Assembly (NCBI RefSeq): GCF_964204645.1
Contig: NC_134027.1
Span: 15,966,485 to 16,030,484, forward strand
DNA: 64,000 bases
DNA from: Tubulanus polymorphus
Lineage: Eukaryota > Animalia > Nemertea
Reading direction: 5' to 3'
The position numbers and the translations under genes are program-made. The notes below the pieces were generated by a model. It did not search any database, was not told where the DNA came from, and worked only from the letters and a program-made list of their open reading frames with translations. This document shows, in pieces, positions 60,697 through 64,000 of the stretch; positions within the stretch are counted from its first letter, which is position 1; each line of letters opens with the position of its first letter.

Positions 60697-62508
60697 TTAC
60701 AAATCATAAAACTTGACTCTAGATACAATTTCTTGCTTACAAACAGGACATTTGTCCAACTTGAGAATACACTGGTCACACGAAGTTACGTGACCGCACG
60801 AGTTGACAATGTTTCTAGCGGCCATTGTGCAACACACACACAAAAGTCTAGATTCCAATTGTTCTTTGGATAACTTTCCCAAATCAGAGCTAATGTCTTT
60901 GGGAGAAATCTTAGTATTCATATTGGCCTTGTGCATCTTTTGCTTACCAAATTCTTCGTGATAATGCTTTCTCTTTCGCGCTTCTTCAGAGTTAGTCGCA
61001 TTGCTGCTGCTGCTGCTACCAGTAGTTGGTTGGGTAATAGTGTTTGTTCTTGAGCGAGTAGCTACACCACTAGCAGCAGAGATGGGTCGTCTAGGAGTAA
61101 CAGTGCGTTGAGACGTTGAGACGTCTGATGATGTTGTTGAGGGTACGAACGTAAATCCAGAGGAAGATGTAGCAGGAGATGTAAATCCATAACTGTTCAT
61201 AGCGTTCAACAACGTGTCTGCGCCTGGCAAAGTAGCAGTTACGTTTACCAGAGTACGTGCGCTCGTGGAACCACTAGAAGTCATGGGTATATTATTACTA
61301 CTATTATTGTCTCTAGATGTCGACACTGAAGATGATGGGTTTGTGGTACCAGCAGCTTTGGTAGTTAGTGTAGCTGTTCTCCGTGGAGTAACACGTCGGC
61401 GGCGTCTCGGTGGTATCAGGTCGGGTAACTCATCACTGAATGGATCAATCGAGTGGTCAGAACTAACCAACGAGTTATCCTCTCCTTCTTCTTCGATGCC
61501 GGATTGCGTCAAGTTGATGTATATGTCCGCCTCAGAATCTCTCTCCGATTCAGAATCGCTCTCCGATTCAGAATCGCTCTCTGACACATGGTATCTGTTC
61601 CTTTCACGTTCCTCCTGATCTCTTATCTCAAGTTCCTCGCGCTCTATCCTTTCACGATCTCTCCTTTCGCATTCTTCGCGGTGTCTCCTCTCGGCAAGTG
61701 ATTGCGCTTGACGTCTAATGCGATTAATGCGATTCTCGTTAATTTCAACTTCGGTAAAGTTCAACATTTGCGTAACCAAAGTTTTCATTTTTCTATCATT
61801 AATGTGATTTTGGATAGCCAAGATTACCTTTTTCATAAAGTTCACGTTGCAGTAGCGAGAATGGATCAGTTGGGTATTCAAGCGATGTCGTTCACGCGCT
61901 TTGTCGCAAGTTACCATTTTTCGAATCACGTGTTTAAATGTTTGTGCCTGACTACTGGTATTTTTCACAAAATCATCATAGAATCCACAGCAAAGCGCAA
62001 ATGCAAGTTGAACTTCCTTCTTTGTCGATATGCGTGATATGCGTTCAGCAATCGCAGACAGTTTATTGTAATAGTTTTCTGTCCATTTCGTATCCACGTC
62101 GGCAGATTCGTTTTCATAGTCCAGATAAATGGTTGACATCGGGTGTAGATAGTCTGGTGCGGTTATCGATTCGGTAAACTCAATGAACGAAGAATTTGAC
62201 ATTATGTCTTCTTTGTAGTTGCCACATTTGGCTTTTGCTTGTTTCACTAGCAGTTGTGCCACGTTATTTGCCATATCCTGACATATTTCAACCACTTTGC
62301 TGTATGTATACGTTCCTTTACGAACCATAGCAGAAATAATATCCGTAAGATTAGAAGTCATTTGCAAGTTTAGGTTGCAATGTGTTAAAAACAAAAAGTT
62401 CAAGTGACTATCCACATTGGGAGCAATGTTTTCGTAGAGGATGATAGTAGCAGCGGCATCAAATCTGCTGTTCTTGGCCTCTTCGGGCAGTTGAGAGATA
62501 AGATCCAT
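60697..62508 (-). CDS. 603-aa intronless protein with C-terminal IAP-type RING finger (putative viral E3 ligase)
   Basis: CVCC..NSCGHVTSCDQC..CPVCKQEI; charged and S/T-rich linker. Confidence 0.8.
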   Translation of the reverse strand: MDLISQLPEEAKNSRFDAAATIILYENIAPNVDSHLNFLFLTHCNLNLQMTSNLTDIISAMVRKGTYTYSKVVEICQDMANNVAQLLVKQAKAKCGNYKEDIMSNSSFIEFTESITAPDYLHPMSTIYLDYENESADVDTKWTENYYNKLSAIAERISRISTKKEVQLAFALCCGFYDDFVKNTSSQAQTFKHVIRKMVTCDKARERHRLNTQLIHSRYCNVNFMKKVILAIQNHINDRKMKTLVTQMLNFTEVEINENRINRIRRQAQSLAERRHREECERRDRERIEREELEIRDQEERERNRYHVSESDSESESDSESERDSEADIYINLTQSGIEEEGEDNSLVSSDHSIDPFSDELPDLIPPRRRRRVTPRRTATLTTKAAGTTNPSSSVSTSRDNNSSNNIPMTSSGSTSARTLVNVTATLPGADTLLNAMNSYGFTSPATSSSGFTFVPSTTSSDVSTSQRTVTPRRPISAASGVATRSRTNTITQPTTGSSSSSNATNSEEARKRKHYHEEFGKQKMHKANMNTKISPKDISSDLGKLSKEQLESRLLCVCCTMAARNIVNSCGHVTSCDQCILKLDKCPVCKQEIVSRVKFYDL

Positions 62509-62861
62509 TTTGTGTTTTTTTTCAGTTTATTCTGATTTAGCTTGACTTTGACAGGTCAAGGGGTAACAGTTGAATGATTTGGTTAGGTACTGGCGAGTGA
62601 CTTTTAGCTCTAAAACCACTTTTATACCTAACTTTAAATTTTCGGACTCTAGTGAGGAAAAATCCTAACAATTCTGAACTTGTATATCAGGTACGCTTTT
62701 TTGGGTATAAATGAAGTGTTAGGATTTTTTATGTTAGAAAAAATTGTGTCCATGTGTTTATAGTGATATCATGGTGAGGTAAAAATTTGTATTTTGTACC
62801 CTAGAGAAATTATTACAATAAAGTATTGACTTTACTTGTTTTTGTTGTGGGTGTTCATATC

Positions 62862-64000
62862 ATGGCTGACAAGGAATCATGGAAGAGTGGCATGACTCAG
62901 GGGGTTGTGTCCTACGAGGAAATGGTCAAGAAGATAGAAGAGAGGAAAAATAAATCAGGCAGCAATAAAAGAGGTGGTCGGACTCCAGCTACTGCTACCG
63001 TTACCCCAGCTGTTGCCGGTCTGCCTAGAGGTTATGTGCCACCCAAGGTAACACCAAATACCCCAAAATTGATGACTACTACCCCCGCTGCCCAAAAAAG
63101 GAATGTTCCCGTAGATGTAGTCGCTTCACCGGCATCTAAAATTACCCCTTCGCACGGCGGAGCAAAACCCAAAGTTACCCAGGCTTCTGTTGCTACAACG
63201 GCAGTTGTCAATGCTTTAGACTCCACTGGTGGTTATGAGAGCTTATACGAATTGTATTTTTACTCGCTGCGTGCGTGTAATCTTGCATTCGTAAACGGTG
63301 GTTCTGGTTTGTACAACAGTGGCGTAAACAAAGATCAGATTCGTAAACTATGCGCTCAAAACAGGAATCTAGAGGCGTATTACATTATAACAAGGTTTTG
63401 CAAACTGGACAAAGATTTTTCTCTACGTTGCATCGAGGTCAATCAAGAAAAAGGGCAGCAGTTAATTGGAAGCACAGGTTAAAAATATCCCCTGGCTCAA
63501 AGTTGCCTTACCCCAAGCCAACAAGCTGACTTTTGATCAAGTCAAGAAAATCATAGACGACAAGATGTCTGAATGTCAAGCTGAATGCAGCAAGGCAATC
63601 TTGCATAAAATATCACTAAAACACATGACGACCAATCAAGCGATGACAATGGGAACGTATCTTCACAAGATTGCTTTTGATCTGCTACTACCCAACATGG
63701 TCGAGTTGTTGATGCGCGATTTCTGCAACGAACCCCTTTATCTGTACCTGGGCGGTAGAATGTCGAACAAAGGTCTGTTTATGATGGCTAGCACACAGGA
63801 TGGTGTCGTGACCACGATCAGCAGAGAAAGAGAATATCGAGAAAAAGTTTGCAATATTGCCGATACCCAACTGGTTAGATGCACTAAGGATACAGGCGCG
63901 CTAAGTCCACTAATGTCTAGCACAAGCAACGATTGTCCAGATACCTTAGCACTGGTTGAAATGAAAACTTTTGCAAAACCAAGACTCACCGCGCAGAAGC
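62862..64000 (+). pseudogene. Putative viral alkaline exonuclease (PD-(D/E)xK, YqaJ/lambda-exo-like), frameshifted near 63480, runs off the window
   Basis: ORF 62862-63482, then an open frame 63481-64000 with AMTMGTYLH, MASTQDGVV, LVEMKT. Confidence 0.55.

Noticed and set aside
61214-62177. Plus-strand ORFs within the RING gene
   Set aside because: Antisense shadows of the 603-aa ORF.

Overview
Repeat-dense eukaryotic (probably invertebrate animal) DNA with no recognisable host gene. The first 34 kb is a three-level nest of Polinton/Maverick (adintovirus-like) elements. An outer element (1172-33871, right end lost) has its protein-primed DNA polymerase (pPolB) gene split by an inner element that retains both ends (1998-26936, TSD GCTATT). 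The inner pPolB gene is in turn split by a 5.15-kb non-autonomous element (4294-9444, TSD GATAAT) with Polinton-type ends, 1.3-kb gene-carrying TIRs and 400-bp hairpin termini. The inner pPolB also carries a LAGLIDADG intein at YFD|TDS, while the outer pPolB is the empty allele. Most Polinton genes start at TAAATG. The rest holds a 205-bp satellite, an 11-kb foldback element, 9-bp-TSD MITEs, a probable third Polinton terminus, a hAT transposon, a KDZ-like gene split by a degenerate telomeric satellite, a Penelope fragment, and two intronless large-DNA-virus-like genes (RING, alkaline exonuclease). Many genes are decayed. Family assignments come from motif recognition by eye; no searches were run.
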